DNA of 60,854 nt from Eubacteriales bacterium (lineage in GTDB: Bacteria; Bacillota; Clostridia; Oscillospirales; CAG-272): NCBI GenBank assembly GCA_045649045.1, contig JAZRPF010000007.1, forward strand, positions 1-60,854, read 5' to 3'. The notes beneath the pieces were generated by a model, which had not been told where the DNA came from, did not search any database, and saw only the letters and a list, made by a program, of their open reading frames with translations. The position numbers were made by a program, and so were the translations under genes. Below are positions 60,575 through 60,854 of this stretch, piece by piece. Every line of letters starts with the position of its first letter. Positions within the stretch are counted from its first letter, which is position 1.

Positions 60575-60722
60575 TTTGATTTTTTGAAATTTAAAGAGGG
60601 AGCCTCGTTTGTGGCTTCCTTTTTGATTTTGTGGTTTTTCTACAGTAAAAGCAAAAAGGAAAACACGATTTGTGCGTTTTTGCTAAAAAACCGAAAAAAG
60701 CAAAAAAGTTCAGAAAACCCCC

Positions 60723-60854
60723 TTGACAAAAGAGAAATGAGATGATATAATAGACAAGCCTCACGAAAGCGGGGCGGTCGAGGCACAGAAGCGAGCTTGG
60801 GAAAGCCGAAAAAGAAAATAAAAAAGTTTTCAAAAAGGGCTTGACAAAAGGCGC
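60723..60854 (+). promoter_or_regulatory. Tandem sigma-A promoters, probably rRNA operon P1/P2
   Basis: TTGACA-N17-TATAAT at 60723-51 with A-tract UP elements; second TTGACA at 60841 also preceded by A-tracts; the downstream gene lies outside the window. Confidence 0.6.

Overview
Chromosomal window from a spore-forming Clostridia-type Firmicute (sporulation genes ylbJ, yqfC/D, spoVT and yaaH; ispH-rpsA fusion). Most of it is housekeeping: cysE-cysS, mecA, rpiB-tsaB-tsaE, plsY, queG, metG-tatD, eno, phoH-ybeY-era-recO-mutS2, yajC, cmk, murA, and probable rrn promoters at the right edge. Three accessory zones stand out. (1) 9.6-15.6 kb: a tandem duplication giving two mosaic GH20 hexosaminidase paralogues, plus decayed queG and GH172 fragments. 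(2) 15.7-22.4 kb, downstream of tRNA-Arg(CCG): two 178-bp tandem repeats, each able to fold into a 140-nt tRNA-like RNA ending in CCA. A ~6.07-kb defective serine-recombinase-type element sits in the loop of the tRNA terminator. It carries AraC, a U32-family Fe-S protein and three tandem QueG/reductive-dehalogenase-like 2x[4Fe-4S] paralogues, the best candidate for an undescribed system. (3) 42.5-46.9 kb: a decayed island bounded by a duplicated spoVT 5' end. It holds deletion chimeras (including a queA 3' end) and a membrane protein with an L7/L12-CTD-like domain. All calls come from reading motifs by eye; no database searches were run.
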